From positions 10,726,001 through 10,790,000 of the forward strand of contig NC_087261.1 of assembly GCF_037042905.1 (NCBI RefSeq): a stretch of DNA of 64,000 bases, given 5' to 3'. Position numbers and translations under genes: made by a program. Numbering within the stretch: position 1 is the stretch's first letter; each line of letters starts with the position of its first letter. The notes under the pieces were generated by a model that worked only from the letters and a program-made list of their open reading frames with translations, was not told the origin of the DNA and did not search any database. The DNA is from Lytechinus pictus (taxonomy: Eukaryota). Of this stretch, positions 35,182 to 49,344 are shown one piece after another.

Positions 35182-37241
35182 AGTCGGGTTTAGGGAATGC
35201 AGCCAACTGCAATAAAATAACAAATCTTTAGATTTGATTTGATTTATTTATAATTTCTTCATAACAATTATGGTAACACAAACATAACAAACATGACAAA
35301 GAAATTTGTCAATAAATAACAAAATCTGTATACCAATGAACTGAACTCAAATCACTTTCGCTAGACGATATGTAATTGAAGGCAAATATGCTTCACAAAC
35401 AAACAAACGTATTTTCAGTATATAATCATATAATTGAATGAACTGAATGGATGTCAAAGAACGATTGAAATAATTACTTAAGAAAATATAATAATAATAA
35501 AAAACAATTGTGGTAATATTGTAAATCATGATGAAAAACGACGACGATGACGTGGTGATATATACTTGGCTGTTGGAATTGTGTCGAGAGTATCAGAAAA
35601 GAGGCTCTTCGTGCAGACTAACTTCCCTCTTCAAACAACATCAAATCGAAGTACACATACAAAATCACATCACGTTGTTGAGATTCATAGATGAAGTACT
35701 GTTGCCATGGTAATAAATTGACAAATTTGCATACTGCGATGGAGGCTTTATGTGCACTTCGTATAACGTACTTTCTGACAACAATCAAGGGTGGTTTTCA
35801 TACTGATTCAGCTTCAAACTCTTTATATTTTATTTTTCAAAAAGAAAAAATAGCAATTGTCGAACTTAAAATCGTCGTAGTATAAAAGTAAAACAAAATT
35901 TGTTTGAGTTGGTCATAACTTAAAGACAAATGCAATAATTCATGTTCGTCCGTCTAAAGCCTGATGTTAAGGAGTTGTCTTTATATGTTTTAATCGTTAA
36001 TTTTTTATATCTTTATTTTCATTTCATTTTTCATTTATTGGTTTTTGCAACATTTTTCATAACAAAACTCTGGACAAGAAAATACATATCTGAAATTTGA
36101 CATCAAAATAATGAACAATAGTTTTGTATATAAATCATCAAATATATCTTACATAAATGAAACATATTAAGTGGTATTTTCTGTTACACAATAAATAGGA
36201 TGGTTGCAAGGGTCGTCACAAAAGCAAAGCTTGAAAACGTAACAGCCCTGGAAAATAGCCAAAATAATTAATATCTATTGTCATTAAACGTGCAAGTGCA
36301 TGAGGGACTGGGGGGTGGGCAAGGGAGATGCTTGTCCTTAGCATGGAATTTTAGAAAATAATACGTTTTGTTGTTTGATTTTTAATGTATACATGTTCTA
36401 GATAAAAGTCGATGTGGGATACTATAACTAATCGTCATCGAGGCTGTTCAGTTAATTCCATCATAAGTGTTACTGTCAAACGACATTTACATTTTTTTCC
36501 TCAAAAAAGTCACCTCTAAAATGAAATCTCGCTGCTTAAAATCAATATGAACTGAACAAGAATAGAATAACAGAGAAGAAGCCATAAAATTTGAATTAAA
36601 TTTCAAATAAACACCAATAAACAAAATGACTTCAATTTAGAAATTTGTTTGAATTGCCAGTTATGTAATTTATTTTCCAGTTAATAATATGGTTCAAATT
36701 CAGGAATACGTTTTAGATGAAAGAGTGTTTTTTTTTCACATGTTAACAATTTCACGCCCCCAAATCTTAAATAGTTATCACTACTGATCCGTTTTCACTG
36801 TAAGTGGTATTTATGGTGTGAATATTCATTGGAAATAACGTGTGAGTGTATTTTTTTCTTCTGTAAATGAAAATTACAAACAAATAGTCGACGGGAAACG
36901 TTATTAATTTCCTGTCGTTGTCATCGTTACCATGACACTGGGAATGTAAAAACGTATGCAGACAGGAAGAAGAAGGCTTGAAAGGATTCTGCAAAGGGAA
37001 TAAATAATTTCATGAAAGCATCTTGATATGACATTACATGCATAAAGGGCAAGAAATATGGCGGATGTGACAAACCCAAATGCTAATCACTCATACCGCT
37101 ATTTTAGGTATATTGCAGTTACAAATTTCTGATACATCCGATTCGATGTTGTGAACAATATACTTTACTTTTAATTGTTCCTGAATCTGTTACTAATATT
37201 TTTGTACTTTTCTCTTTCTTTCTTGCTTTCTTTCTTTCACT

Positions 37242-37299
37242 GCGCCTTGGGCACTCCGCCGAGTGGATTTGGCGCATTACAATTATCATTATTATTATT
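37242..37299 (+). mobile_element. SINE/LINE 3' tail fragment
   Basis: gcgccttgggcac...gtggat..gcgc followed by (TTA)n, matching the tail of the 18138-18413 SINE. Confidence 0.55.
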
Positions 37300-39180
37300 T
37301 ACATCCTTCATTACAATGACTGAATTATTGCGTTTGTGTAAATGTAATCACCTCTTGATTTTCAAATCCCTTCATTTCACAATGTCTATGATGGTCTAAG
37401 TAGATAGATGGGGGAACTGGATGGACAAAGAATATAGGCCTACATGTATATCTGGATGTACAGGTAGAACAGACACATTAGATAATTTCCTCTTCGGTTA
37501 TTCGACATATTAAGCGTAAATCATGTAAATTATGCATGAAAATCTATCCATAAATGGAGGAAAATCAAAGAATCAAAGTAAGACATGAAGGAGCAAAATA
37601 CACAATTGCAAGAAGAGCCCCCACACTGGTCCATTACCGTTGCAGAATGATATCATATCGTGTAACTTTCAAAGTCTAATGGATAAATTTGCTATAAATG
37701 GGATCAAAGTAAATTTGCCTGAGATCAGGGTCAGGCGAAGGAATGTTAATGGCGGATAACACCTAAACCTTGCAATCAGTCGCATTTGGGTGACACAATT
37801 ATCCAAACACCAACACACACACAAGGAAAATCAAAATGTAAAAAAGGTTTTGAATGGGGGTAATGAGAAAGCGGTGGATGAGGGGCAATTCCATCAGTCT
37901 CTTTCCGCTGATTCGACCCAATGCTGTTTCGATCCCCTTGATGACATCTCTTGTCATGTTGGGTGTCATCTCAGGCAATCAAGACCCCATCAACGGCAAT
38001 CCCTGTAATTCCCCCCGCAGTGGAGACGGCGATGGACCGCTGCACCTGTTCCCAGACTGACAGGTGAGATGGCGGAGATGAGAGGGGGGGGGGGTGAAAC
38101 TATGTCGGCGGCTGAGCTAACACTGTGGAGTAATGGGGGCGGGATGAACATTATCGTGCATGTGGGCACGTCTTCTCATTTTCCCCTTTGCGGGATACCC
38201 GCCCCCCCCCCCATACTCCTCCCAGCCATACCCTCCCTACTAAATTTGGAGAAAAAAAACTTTCATTTTCAAAAACTTGCTTTCATCAATATCATTCTTA
38301 TCTTCTTGATTAACTTTTATGTTTCTTAGAAGATAGTCATGCATCATAACCTGTATAAATCAATGTAATGTGAGGCCATAGGAAAAATAATACAGCTGGT
38401 ATACTTAGGAATGAAATATTCTCTACTAATAGTCCAAGCATATATACATTACGTTCTTCATCCACTGTAACGGAGGCTTACACAATATACTTGTTCAGTT
38501 GTATAGTAATTAAGAAACTCAATCAGTGTGTATTACGTAGGCATGGCATTATGGTTAATTACTTTTTTCCTATTGCAATGCGCCATGCATAAAACATGGG
38601 GAAACATGGACAAAATAACCACAGAGATTTCGTTTTTCTTCTTCATTCGTTTTTTTCTTTCTAAATAACCACCTCGTTCGTTTTATCCCGAGGAGCCGAG
38701 AAATACCACCGCAGAAAATCTTCATAATGTCACGGAGAGCAAAGCTCAGCCTCGCTTGACAGATACGAGTTGATTTGTTTGCTCAAAAAATATTAGAGCC
38801 GAATGGAAACAGCAGTTTGGAAAGCATTTTCTCATCTCGTTCTCTTTCCTTGGATGATGATAATGGGGTGCCGTGATTGAGGGGTGATGATGGAGAGGGT
38901 GCTTGGTTTTGGTAGAAGGGGTGCAGGCGTACACCCCCTGATGTTGCGGAACTTGGTATCCGTGCGTCGCGGAGGAAGCAATGATGATGAAAATGATGCT
39001 GGAATCGTGGATACAGGCGAAATATCTGTCATTATATAGTTCCTGTGTTTAGCATGATTACATATCCAGCTCTAATTAGAAATAAAGATGTCATCAATGT
39101 TTCAAACTTTATTTGGGATATTCCTACATCAACCCTACTCCCTTATCAATGAAAAAGGGCTAATCTGGTCCCTGAACACT

Positions 39181-39381
39181 CTCCTCTCAGAGGAAGACAA
39201 GGGGCCAGTCATTTTGGAGTGGGATTTACATCTTTTGAGAGTGCATTATATAGCTCTTTCTGGAGTGAAAAGTGCATATTTTAGACATTATCACTCCAGA
39301 AGGAGCTATAATGCACTCTCAAAAGACGTAAATCCCACTCCAAATTTACTTGTCCCTCTTCTCACTCTGTGCTGAGAGGAG
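39181..39381. mobile_element. Palindromic foldback MITE
   Basis: Terminal ctcctctcag / ctgagaggag, with long inner arms ttggagtgggatttacatcttttgagagtgcattata / tataatgcactctcaaaagacgtaaatcccactccaa. Confidence 0.8.
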
Positions 39382-39398
39382 TCTTTTGTATTTAGAGC

Positions 39399-39619
39399 CA
39401 TAGGCGGCGGAAGCGGGGGGGGGGGGGGGACGGGGGGACGTGTCCCCCCTAAATTTGAGATGGGGGGACGATCCCCCCTAAATTTTGTGGTGATAACCTT
39501 TTTTTTCTTTTTTGCTTGTCAATTTTATTTCCTGCGTCCCCCCTAAAATTTTGGGTTGATAACCTTTTTTTTTTTTTTTTTTTTGCTTGTCAAAAAATTT
39601 TTGGCTTTCGCCGCCAATG
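39399..39619. mobile_element. hAT-like MITE, 221 bp
   Basis: TIR CATAGGCGGCGGAAGC / GCTTTCGCCGCCAATG with a perfect 8-bp TSD TTTAGAGC (39391-39398, 39620-39627). Confidence 0.92.
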
Positions 39620-40331
39620 TTTAGAGCAGTCATTCTCAATTACTTTTGTTGAAGCGCCACATTTCTTGTCGAGAATCTGTACTGCTTTACTAGCGCTAAC
39701 GAGCCCCTGGTGGTCTCGAGGGGGCAGAGCCCCTTGAAGCTTTGGAATATGAGGCTTTTTAAATGGCCAAGAGGGGATATAATTAATATCAATACAAGAA
39801 ACACAAATGCAAACAAACTACACAATTTATTATTTTTCAAATGATAAGTGACTTTTCAAAACATACCAGTGATACCGCTAGTTCACGAGGGCATGCACAT
39901 ATCACAGCAAGCAATACCTTAATTGCAGCATTTCTCTTTCACATCCTTGGATTTTAAATAATCGGCTGCGGAAACAAAGTTTCTGATTTTCAATATGTCT
40001 AAAACTCCTTACTTCTGTGAACATTATTTGATCATGGGTTAAAACTTACCCGACTTACTTTTCCATGCCACACTGATATGCAAATTAAGAACTTTATTTT
40101 ATATCTGTATATATGTCACCACATTTTCCGATATGATATTCAATTCAATTCAATTTATTTTTCATTCTTCAACATAATACAAATAAATACAAGATAAATT
40201 AATTCAATTTGAATAAAAGCATGAACAAAATTCAACATTGAATAAATGATATACATATTCAATAAGTGATTCAAATATAAATTAACATGCATGTCAAATT
40301 TAAATCAATATAATCAATATAATTAAATGTA

Positions 40332-40373
40332 TTCAATTTGTTTCCCCTCCCTGTGGAGGGGAAACAAATTGAA
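40332..40373. repeat. Perfect 19-bp inverted repeat with a 4-nt loop
   Basis: ttcaatttgtttcccctcc-ctgt-ggaggggaaacaaattgaa. Confidence 0.95.
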
Positions 40374-43300
40374 AAAAAAAAAAATTAAATGTAATTAAAT
40401 CAATATAATTATATATCATGAGAAGAATGGAGAATTTGATGTGCTTTGCCAGGATTCCAAGTTGTTGATTAAAAGCATGGTTTGTCAAGTACAAGAGTGT
40501 TAAATCATGGATTTATTGTCATAATTTCAAATGCTGCATCTGAGCATTTACATCAATTTTCAATGTATAATCTGGAAATGGGAAATTACTAGCCGTAGAA
40601 ATAGTTGAAAGCGTGATAGATATCCGACGAACTGGGCTATCAGATCACTTGTGATCATAGTATTTTGTATATATACCTCTATCGTGATGCACATACTATT
40701 GACAGTCGCACATGATTCCATACACCAAGCATATAAAAACCATAACGTTAGAACGAATAAAAATAAAATTCAATAAAGAATTAAGCTTAAAATATAACTG
40801 ACTTGTTTTCCCTTTGTGTAAAATTATCATCAAACATCAAATCTACATACATATTTTCCCCATTTTTTTCATACCGGCTCCCACGCGCCACTCCGCAAGG
40901 CTCGGTGCGCCACAAGTTGCGCGCGCGCCGCTTTTTGAGAATCCCTGATTATAATGAAAGATACACTAATTTCAGTCAATAGCTGTTCCACGATTTCACG
41001 AATATATTTAATGTTATGACATGAACCAGGGAGAAATAAAATATGATTTTAAAACAAATAAAAAGAAATATTGCCAATGATGTGTATGCAAGATAGGTCC
41101 AGCTTGGAATTTGAGCATAACAAATGCAAAAAATATCGACATGACAACCAGGATGTGTTATAAAAACACAACTGTGTGTTGAACTAGGTTGGGCAAAAAA
41201 GGCCAATTTTTTTACCATCACTGCATGGGCAACATAATATACTGTCTGCACAACTATTGGTTAAAATCTGTTCAACATTGGGTAATAAAAACTAATTATT
41301 TGGTAATAAATTTGCTCAATTTTATAATTGCCCAGAATATATATACTATATATATTTTACCCAACACAGTGGACAGTATGTTGCCCAACATTTTAAGTGT
41401 GTAGTACTATAAATTTAACACTATCGTTTGGCCCCCTCACAATACCCATTGGCGTAGGTTTAATACGACTGTTATTGGATGCTTTGATAAAAGTGTTTCA
41501 CAAAATATAATTTTGCAATATAGTCGTGAATAAAAAAAATGTATATCTGCTGGCAATCTGTTTAATGGCTAGCAAGTTTCCCCTTTGCTATATAATTCAG
41601 ATATTTTAGGCAGATTGGTTTCAATTGGTTTCATATCTATATATCATCTGTAAATATACTTTTCCATCAAACATGCTGAATAGCTTCCTTGCGTCTTGTT
41701 GATATTAAAACGAATTTGTAACACACACAACGCACTCTCTCTTTCTCTTCCCCTCTCTCCCTCACTCTTTAAATTGTCAGTCCATTCCTCGTCTTTCGTG
41801 TCTATTAAAAAAAGCTAGAATACATTTGCTTAATTTGATTGGAATTTTCTCTCGTCATGCTGGCATCTATTATTCTCATCCCTCACGTGTCGAACCATCC
41901 ATCATTGTCCATCCATCCATCATCACTGATGCTACCAATTCCATCCTGAGAGGTGATACCCCTGAGAGGAGGGGTTGCCATGACAACCTGACTATTGTTA
42001 ATGCCGACAGACTTTTGTACCTGTCCTTCTACATGCATTTTACGTGTATATGTATGCTCAATAGCGAAACAAAATACACGTAAGTGGAAAGGGAATAAAG
42101 TGAAAAAGGCTGGAGGGAAAAGATACCACAAACAGTTATAAGGATTTAAGGAGACAACTGGTTAAGATTACTGTACAGAGGAAGGTCTAAAAGCCAAATA
42201 AGTTAATTATGATAGAAAAAGCAAATGTCAAATAACCGTAACACTGAACTTCATCAATAAGAATCAGATCCAAAATAAGAAAAGTTATGGTATGGTTAGA
42301 AACTTGTTGGAATGCATAGATTGGGTATATGGACTTGGTTTTTTAATGATGTTTGATGACAAAGAGTACAGAAAGAAGCTTGGGAAGGAAAATGACAGAA
42401 AGAATAGATTAGAAACGACATAAAGAGGGAAATATGGATCTAATGAAAATTAATCAAGCTCTGTCAATATAGATTGATAATATCACAACAAATAAAAACA
42501 TTAGACATGAATGAATAAACCATATATTTCATCACATTTAACATGCTAAAATGTTATGTTAACATTCACAAATAAACTGATGTATTTAGTTATATTTTAT
42601 TCTCCAATCCCCTGATTGTAGCATTATTATTTTTGTGCTGAAAATTCATCTGTAGATAGTAGTATGCGTTGGAAATTTCTGACAAAAAAAAAATTGAACA
42701 GAATTTTTGCTTTCATTGTATAACAAAAGGATAAAATCGTGTCTTTTTTATAGATATATTTCTTTTCGCTATAACAGATGTCGCTTTAATTTTTTTTTCA
42801 AAAATGCATTACAATCGAAATCATGTCATCATGGTCATTATATTACCTCCTATGCGTTATGACAAGCAGCACGATCATCATTATACTACAATATCATTAA
42901 TCTACAGCAGATGTAAACGCACTTCTGACAATAATAAAACTATGAGGCATATATATATTCGCCATCGTTTAATTATCAGAAAACCATTTCTGCGTTATTA
43001 TTCTGTTTCATTCCCTTTTGTCTTTCGATCTCGTCAAGTTCGTTCCAATTTGGCTTCGTGCTTGCATACAGAGTTATTTGGTCCCCAAGTAATCACCTAA
43101 TATAGCGCCATATGTTGCGGTATTCCAGCATGGCAGTCTGCATGCATGGCAATAGCGGGTAGTCATGTAGTATGGGCCTATGCAGCGAATGCACGATCGT
43201 CGAGAAGGGGATTGTGGAGTCGTGTATGGACTTACTGAATTCATGAGGTTGAGAATAAAAAAAAAAGAAATAGGGTATAAGTATGAGGATTGGGTGGGAG

Positions 43301-43503
43301 ATAGAGAAGTTACACAACCAAAAATATGGTGTAAACTGGTGTACATAGACAGATATAGGAGGACCATGTCACCAGTCATTTGACTCCGGTGTTAAATTTA
43401 TTGTTATACACTCATGGGCGTTGTTACAACACCGTTGGTTGTTACTTTATCACTCTTTGGTGTTATATTCAAACTCTAGGATGTGAATTGCAATACCTTA
43501 GTT

Positions 43504-43730
43504 CACAGTAAACAAAAGTTATACAACGCTGTTTACTATATGAACCTTACAGTAATTGTTTAAACAGTTTAAACAAGTGTTTAAATCTTAAGCAACAAAG
43601 TTTAATTTTCAATATCTAATTTTCAATAAATTAAACATGATTGTTTAAACGGTTAAACAAATACTGTAAACAGGTAAAGTTCATATAGTAAACAGCGTTG
43701 TATAAAATCTTAAACAGCGTTTTTACTGTG
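43504..43730. mobile_element. CACAGTAAA-family MITE
   Basis: Ends CACAGTAAA / TTTACTGTG, with inner IR atacaacgctgtttactatatgaac / gttcatatagtaaacagcgttgtat. Confidence 0.8.
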
Positions 43731-44369
43731 TGTGTAATTCTCTATACATGCTATAGGGACACTTACTGCATGCTGTCGGCTTTAACACCACAATTGTTTA
43801 CACTGCATTACATTGTTTCATCTACCGATCACACTGCTTTCTATAACACCAGCAAGCCTACATAATGATCAAACCAAGAACATAAAACATCACTAGATGT
43901 TTATACACTGGATAGTTTTGTTTAGGCATTTTGTATGGTCATACTACATGTAGGCTAGTAAAAATGTACATCAGATTTTTTTTCAGGGCAGTATTCCAAT
44001 TCTTTGCTCCATCATCATTAAGCCATGTATCAAGCTTTATTGTTTTTCTTTCTTTATTTGTTACCAATATCATCATTTTCTATATATTTCACTCATTTTG
44101 ACTCATAGATCACTTGTTTGGGGCCTTAGTAAGTTCTGAATTATTCATTTACCATCTGCTGTATCGAGATTATATGAACGGTTTCTTGGTGTATTCTAGC
44201 CATGAATATAATAAGATTATCAATGGCATGAAAGTCAATATAAGCAACAATTGCAAGGAGAACAACAATGATTAGCGATATTGTTCCTAATAATGGTATG
44301 AATAATAATATTTGATAATAATATTGATGATAATTACATTAACAATAACAATAATAGCAGAAGACAAAG

Positions 44370-44477
44370 AAGATGAAGAAGAAGAAGGAGAAGAAGAAGA
44401 AAAAAGAAGAAGAAGAAGAAGAAGAAGAAGTAGTAGTAGTAGTAGTAGTAGTATACTAGAAGAAGTAGAAGTAGTAG
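44370..44477. repeat. (GAA)n/(GTA)n microsatellite next to a gap
   Basis: Direct reading. Confidence 0.9.
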
Positions 44478-44732
44478 NNNNNNNNNNNNNNNNNNNNNNN
44501 NNNNNNNNNNNNNNNNNNNNNNNNNNNNNNNNNNNNNNNNNNNNNNNNNNNNNNNNNNNNNNNNNNNNNNNNNNNNNNNNNNNNNNNNNNNNNNNNNNNN
44601 NNNNNNNNNNNNNNNNNNNNNNNNNNNNNNNNNNNNNNNNNNNNNNNNNNNNNNNNNNNNNNNNNNNNNNNNNNNNNNNNNNNNNNNNNNNNNNNNNNNN
44701 NNNNNNNNNNNNNNNNNNNNNNNNNNNNNNNN
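44478..44732. other. Assembly gap (N)
   Basis: N run. Confidence 1.
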
Positions 44733-45689
44733 CACATGCATGAAAAACAGATGCACAGAGGCCATAAAGAGTGGCACAAAGCTATGGAATTAAAAATATT
44801 AATGAAAACATTCATCTGTTCTTTTATTTTGTAGGAGATGTCTTGAGATCTACTTTATTAATATAGAGAGCGTCCGAGAGAGAGGAAAGATTATGAAGTT
44901 ACAGGTAGACAAACAATGGGCTAGAATATAAAGGGAAATGGAGAAGCGTTGATTAAAACGAGAGAGATGGAGCGATACATTGAACAAAGAAACACATAAA
45001 GCATACAAACTGGAAAGTGGACACGTAATGTAGAATCTGCCGTGCTCTTGTAAATCATAATGATAACATGACGTTATCTAAGATGAAATGTTTGCGCTCG
45101 TCATGTAAATGGAGCTCACGTATTCGTCCATTTTCCAATTTGTGGTGAATTACATGAATCGTAATTGAGTTAAAGGAAAATGGTGTAAAGACTCCAACCG
45201 TCTTCCGTAATTGTGGGGCAAATCTAATTTGTCAGTTTTTTCCCGGGCAAAATTTGAGTGGACATTTTACCAAGGCATGAAAAGTAAGAAAAGGAAATTC
45301 TAGCTTCATCGAAGTGGAAGGGAGAAATCAACCGAATAACATTGTAAGCATCATGAGAAAGTCACGTATTTTTCTTGTTGCATTTCCTTTTGGATATTTC
45401 AAAGCGTTAATAACCACTGTTGAAAGCTTTATACTTAGAATGAATTACACTGACACTTAGAACATGTATAATCTGATTATGAAGTATAACAAGTTCGAAT
45501 AGGGGGGGGGGGGGGGGACAAATACACCAAAAAAAATCATACTTGATATTTCTTCAAAAATCGAATCGCTAGGTTGTTGAAAACCAAAAAATTGCTTCCA
45601 ACTTTCAACATAATTTGTTGCACTTGATAATTGCTATGTATGTTTAAATTGTCACTTCCCACTCTATATTTTGGTGTTAATTGTTTCTG

Positions 45690-45860
45690 ATGTTAGATAT
45701 TTTGTATTTTGTATTTTTGATGTTGTTTGTTGTTGTTGTTCATAGTTATCTTGACATGTATTTTAAACTGCAGGGCGCCTTTGTAAAGCAGTTTTAAGAA
45801 CTGAACAGGCCTACCCTGCAGTATAAAATAAATAAAACAAAATAAATAAATAAATAAATA
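45690..45860 (+). mobile_element. Probable LINE 3' end with a (TAAA)n tail
   Basis: T-rich UTR-like stretch, stem actgcaggg...ccctgcagt, then (TAAA)n. Confidence 0.5.
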
Positions 45861-47075
45861 ATATTACTTGATTCCATAAACATGAAGCCAGTACGTGTAA
45901 CATCGTGCACTGAAATATCTGAACCGATGCATTGAAATGAGTAGACATCTTCGGACGAAATTCATGCAAAACAAAATCCTCTGAATTTTACCAGTATTGC
46001 AGCTCAAGATCGAGATCAAACGTTACCTGATAAATATTCAAGATTGCGGTAGGAGAATAAGCTCATCTTCTTCCATTTTCGTGCAAATAAATCCATGGTG
46101 AGATTACATGGAGTGGTTGGGAGATGGAATCTTGTCATGGCGATCAATCGAAAGGGGAGAGAGAATGGAAAATGAATATTTATGAAGGAATTGTGGAATA
46201 ATGATGCCTTTTTATCCCTTGTCCTCGATCTCTCTCGGGTTTGGAAAATTATTTTCATAAGACATGTAAGAAATTCGAGATGGTGGACGTCATGGAAATA
46301 ATATATGACTCACACCTCCTCTGCATCTATTTTCAAATTCTTCACTTTTAGAAATTATTGCAAGTTCTTTGTTCTATCGTATCATTTGTATGTTTGTTCT
46401 CATTTATCAATCGTCACGACTGCAGACGAAAGCATAGCACATTTCTCAGATTGTTCGTGTCGTGAGCAGCTTTAATAAATTCAGCAATTATGAAGTTGAC
46501 ATCGATCGTATGGTCATGATGTACAACATGAATGTGGTTATTTCATCATCGTAACGAATTTCTATTTATGAGATTTTTTTGCGGTTTTCCTTTTTAATTT
46601 GTCATAATGATCAAAGCTTGTGTAATTAATTGGCATTTCCAATTAATTTCATTGTACGTTTGCCCGATCATGCCGATAGTGTTCATTTTACACCGCAGGT
46701 CTCTGTTTAAAAACATTGCCAACATTTTTGTCCCCTTAGTTCATTCTTTCCGTCTCTATCCTTCTTTTGGAGGCATATTTATTTTTCCCATAATCGTTGC
46801 AGAAATGAATCACAAATTTGAAAACATATCGATCATTTTTTTAAAGGATATTGATTTATATATATTTTTTTTCAGAAAAGCAGACCTTCAATCAAAATAC
46901 AGATTGTAGAAAGAAATTATATGAACTAAAATCAAGTCAAAATTGTAATTACCTTGAAACACATAATGTCTCACATAGATCAAACATTGATTTACTCTAA
47001 TTTTCCTATCTGTCTCTTGATGTTCCTTTCCCTTTTTAAAAATATAGCTTTAACGCTCATTATATTCAGTGTTAA

Positions 47076-47477
47076 CATGGCTCTGGGAAGCAGGGGTGCT
47101 GCGTATGTTATTCTCTACAGTTAGCACCCCTGGAAATTCGGTAGGTGTGGCAAAATGGAGAAATATAAACAAAGTGACCTACACTTCGTATTGAAAAGCC
47201 TCTTTATTTTTTTCTTGTCAGATTTCTCGGGACCAAAATTACCTTCATTTTGTAATGACATCCTTTTTTTCTTTTTTGTTTGTTTTATTTTTGCTCGTCA
47301 AATATCATGGGACCAAAATGCGCTTCATTTTGTAGTGAAACCTTTTTTTTTTTTCTTTATTATTTTGCTTGTCATATTTCTATGGAACTAAATGGCCTTC
47401 ATTTTGTAGTGAAACCCATTTTTTTCTTGTCTTATTTACATCACCACCCCCTTTAAAAATTCGTTCCCATGGCCCTG
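47076..47477. mobile_element. hAT-like MITE
   Basis: TIR CATGGCTCTGGGAA / TTCCCATGGCCCTG with 8-bp TSD AGTGTTAA / AGTTTTAA (7 of 8 match). Confidence 0.8.
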
Positions 47478-48559
47478 AGTTTTAACTACACTTTACTTTT
47501 CTGTATCTAAAAACAACATAAGGAATCTGCGCTCATTTACTCATTCTTCTCTGTCCTCTCCATGGCGTCAAACCAAACAATAAAACAAACTAGCGTATAT
47601 CAAAATGATCTGTTATCGTCAGGGCTGTTCGCATCGATTTAAAACACGTGTTTAATACCGTCCCGAATATGACAAATATGTCGCTTTTGTGTCCTGATGA
47701 GACTTAATGAAGGTCTTTTATAAAGTTATGATAATACAGCCCTTTTCAAAACACGTGTATTCCAGCGCCGTAATCTTGTTTTCTTTTACACCGTGCATAA
47801 ACGATATTACGTTAATTAAGAGAGGGGCATAGTGCTTTATACCACCCTAAGTCATGTAAAATCATATCTCTCTATATTGAACGTTATATGCGTTTTTGTT
47901 ACGGACAGTGAAAGTTTATTTTTCACATTTCTATCAAGATTCTATATTTCGTTTTTATTTTCGAAATGTGTACTCATTCTTTATGTTTATATCATGTTGC
48001 AAGTTTTGAAACATCGTTTTTGTTGTTTTTCCCACTTCCATAGTATCTAAAGACTAATTCCACTTTCAGATTTAGAAGTGAATTTTCAGCATAGTCCTTG
48101 ATAAATGTATTTGTATTTCTTATTACACATACCTTTTGTCAAGAGGGAGGTGTCATTATTCAATAGAATATTCTATTGTCCTACAGTTTTGCTTTTTGTT
48201 ATTTTTCAGTTTTATTCAATTCAAATGGATATCAATTCTAATTCATGTCGATAGTTATACATATTAACATATGAATAAGAGGGGTTATACTTAAAAGGAT
48301 ACTGTATATGCATACAGTCCTATACACAAAGTTTCCTTGTCCTGATATCATTGTGATCATAATGGCGTCTTTCATTTTTAGGTATTACTACAAAGTGAGC
48401 ATTCTACCACAATTAAATCTATACACGTTTTGTTGAATAGTGGTATGAGGGAATAACCAGTGGTTGAATACAACTAAGTAATAAAAAAAATCAACGTCAA
48501 TTTAATCTATGAAAACCAAAATTTCCCACTTTTCGCTTTAAAACCACTTTGACATTTTG

Positions 48560-48850
48560 CTTCAGCTTACAGCGCGCCTTTAAATGGGTCTTAAGCACCT
48601 GCATTAATAATGCTGTAGAGTCGTTCGAGGCGCCACGAAAAGGAGAGAGCGCCACTAACAACACACAACGTGTGTGCCTGTGTATTCTATTGGATTAGGT
48701 GTCTTGGGCGTAAGTCACGATGCGGTGTGTGTATAGTACGCACGGCGCACAGGTGCGTGTACGATATACATGACTGTATTCGGAGAGGGCGAGATGGCGT
48801 TATTAAACGGATTGGGTTGCTTTTAGGGTGCTTTTAACCATGTAAGTGAG
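48560..48850. promoter_or_regulatory. CpG-rich island ending in a consensus splice donor (possible non-coding first exon or promoter)
   Basis: CpG-dense, with ATTGG, GGATTA and AGATGGCG (YY1-like), and cat|GTAAGT near 48842. The ATG frame closes after 10 codons. Confidence 0.3.
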
Positions 48851-49344
48851 ACATAAGAAGAAAGATGAAGATAGCTCTACCTGTGTAGGAGGAAAAAGTG
48901 ATCATGGTGATAAGAAAAAATAAACGGAATGCAATGGGATGGGGATTGAGATTGTGAATGAAGATATGAAGGATGAATTAAATATTTAAAAAAGCGGTGA
49001 GAAAGAAATAACATCGAAACATCGTCATGACTACATCTCTATGTTATCTATGATATTATGCAAGTTTGAAAAAATAACGCTAAGTTGCTAACATAAAGTG
49101 AATATGTACAATCATGTAGATATTACTAATATTGGAGAATGGGACAGGTTACATGAAAATTGAAATATTTCAAATATCATGCATATAACGATTAAAAAAG
49201 TAAGGTGTAATACGGTAAACGATATGAATATATAGGAAAAGAAAGTTACACAGTACTAATATATTACAGACAATGAAAGGATAAGTTAAGAAACAGAAAA
49301 AAAGTGATGATAGTAATGATGAATATGGTGATGATGATCAGAAT

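Noticed and set aside
36939-36960. miR-1-like TGGGAATGTAAAAACGTATGCA
   Set aside because: Several mismatches and no complementary star arm.
38746-38768. Resemblance to echinoderm miR-2008 as I recall it (TCAGCCTCGCT...ATACGA)
   Set aside because: Needs indels, has no pre-miRNA hairpin on either side, and the reference sequence is from memory.
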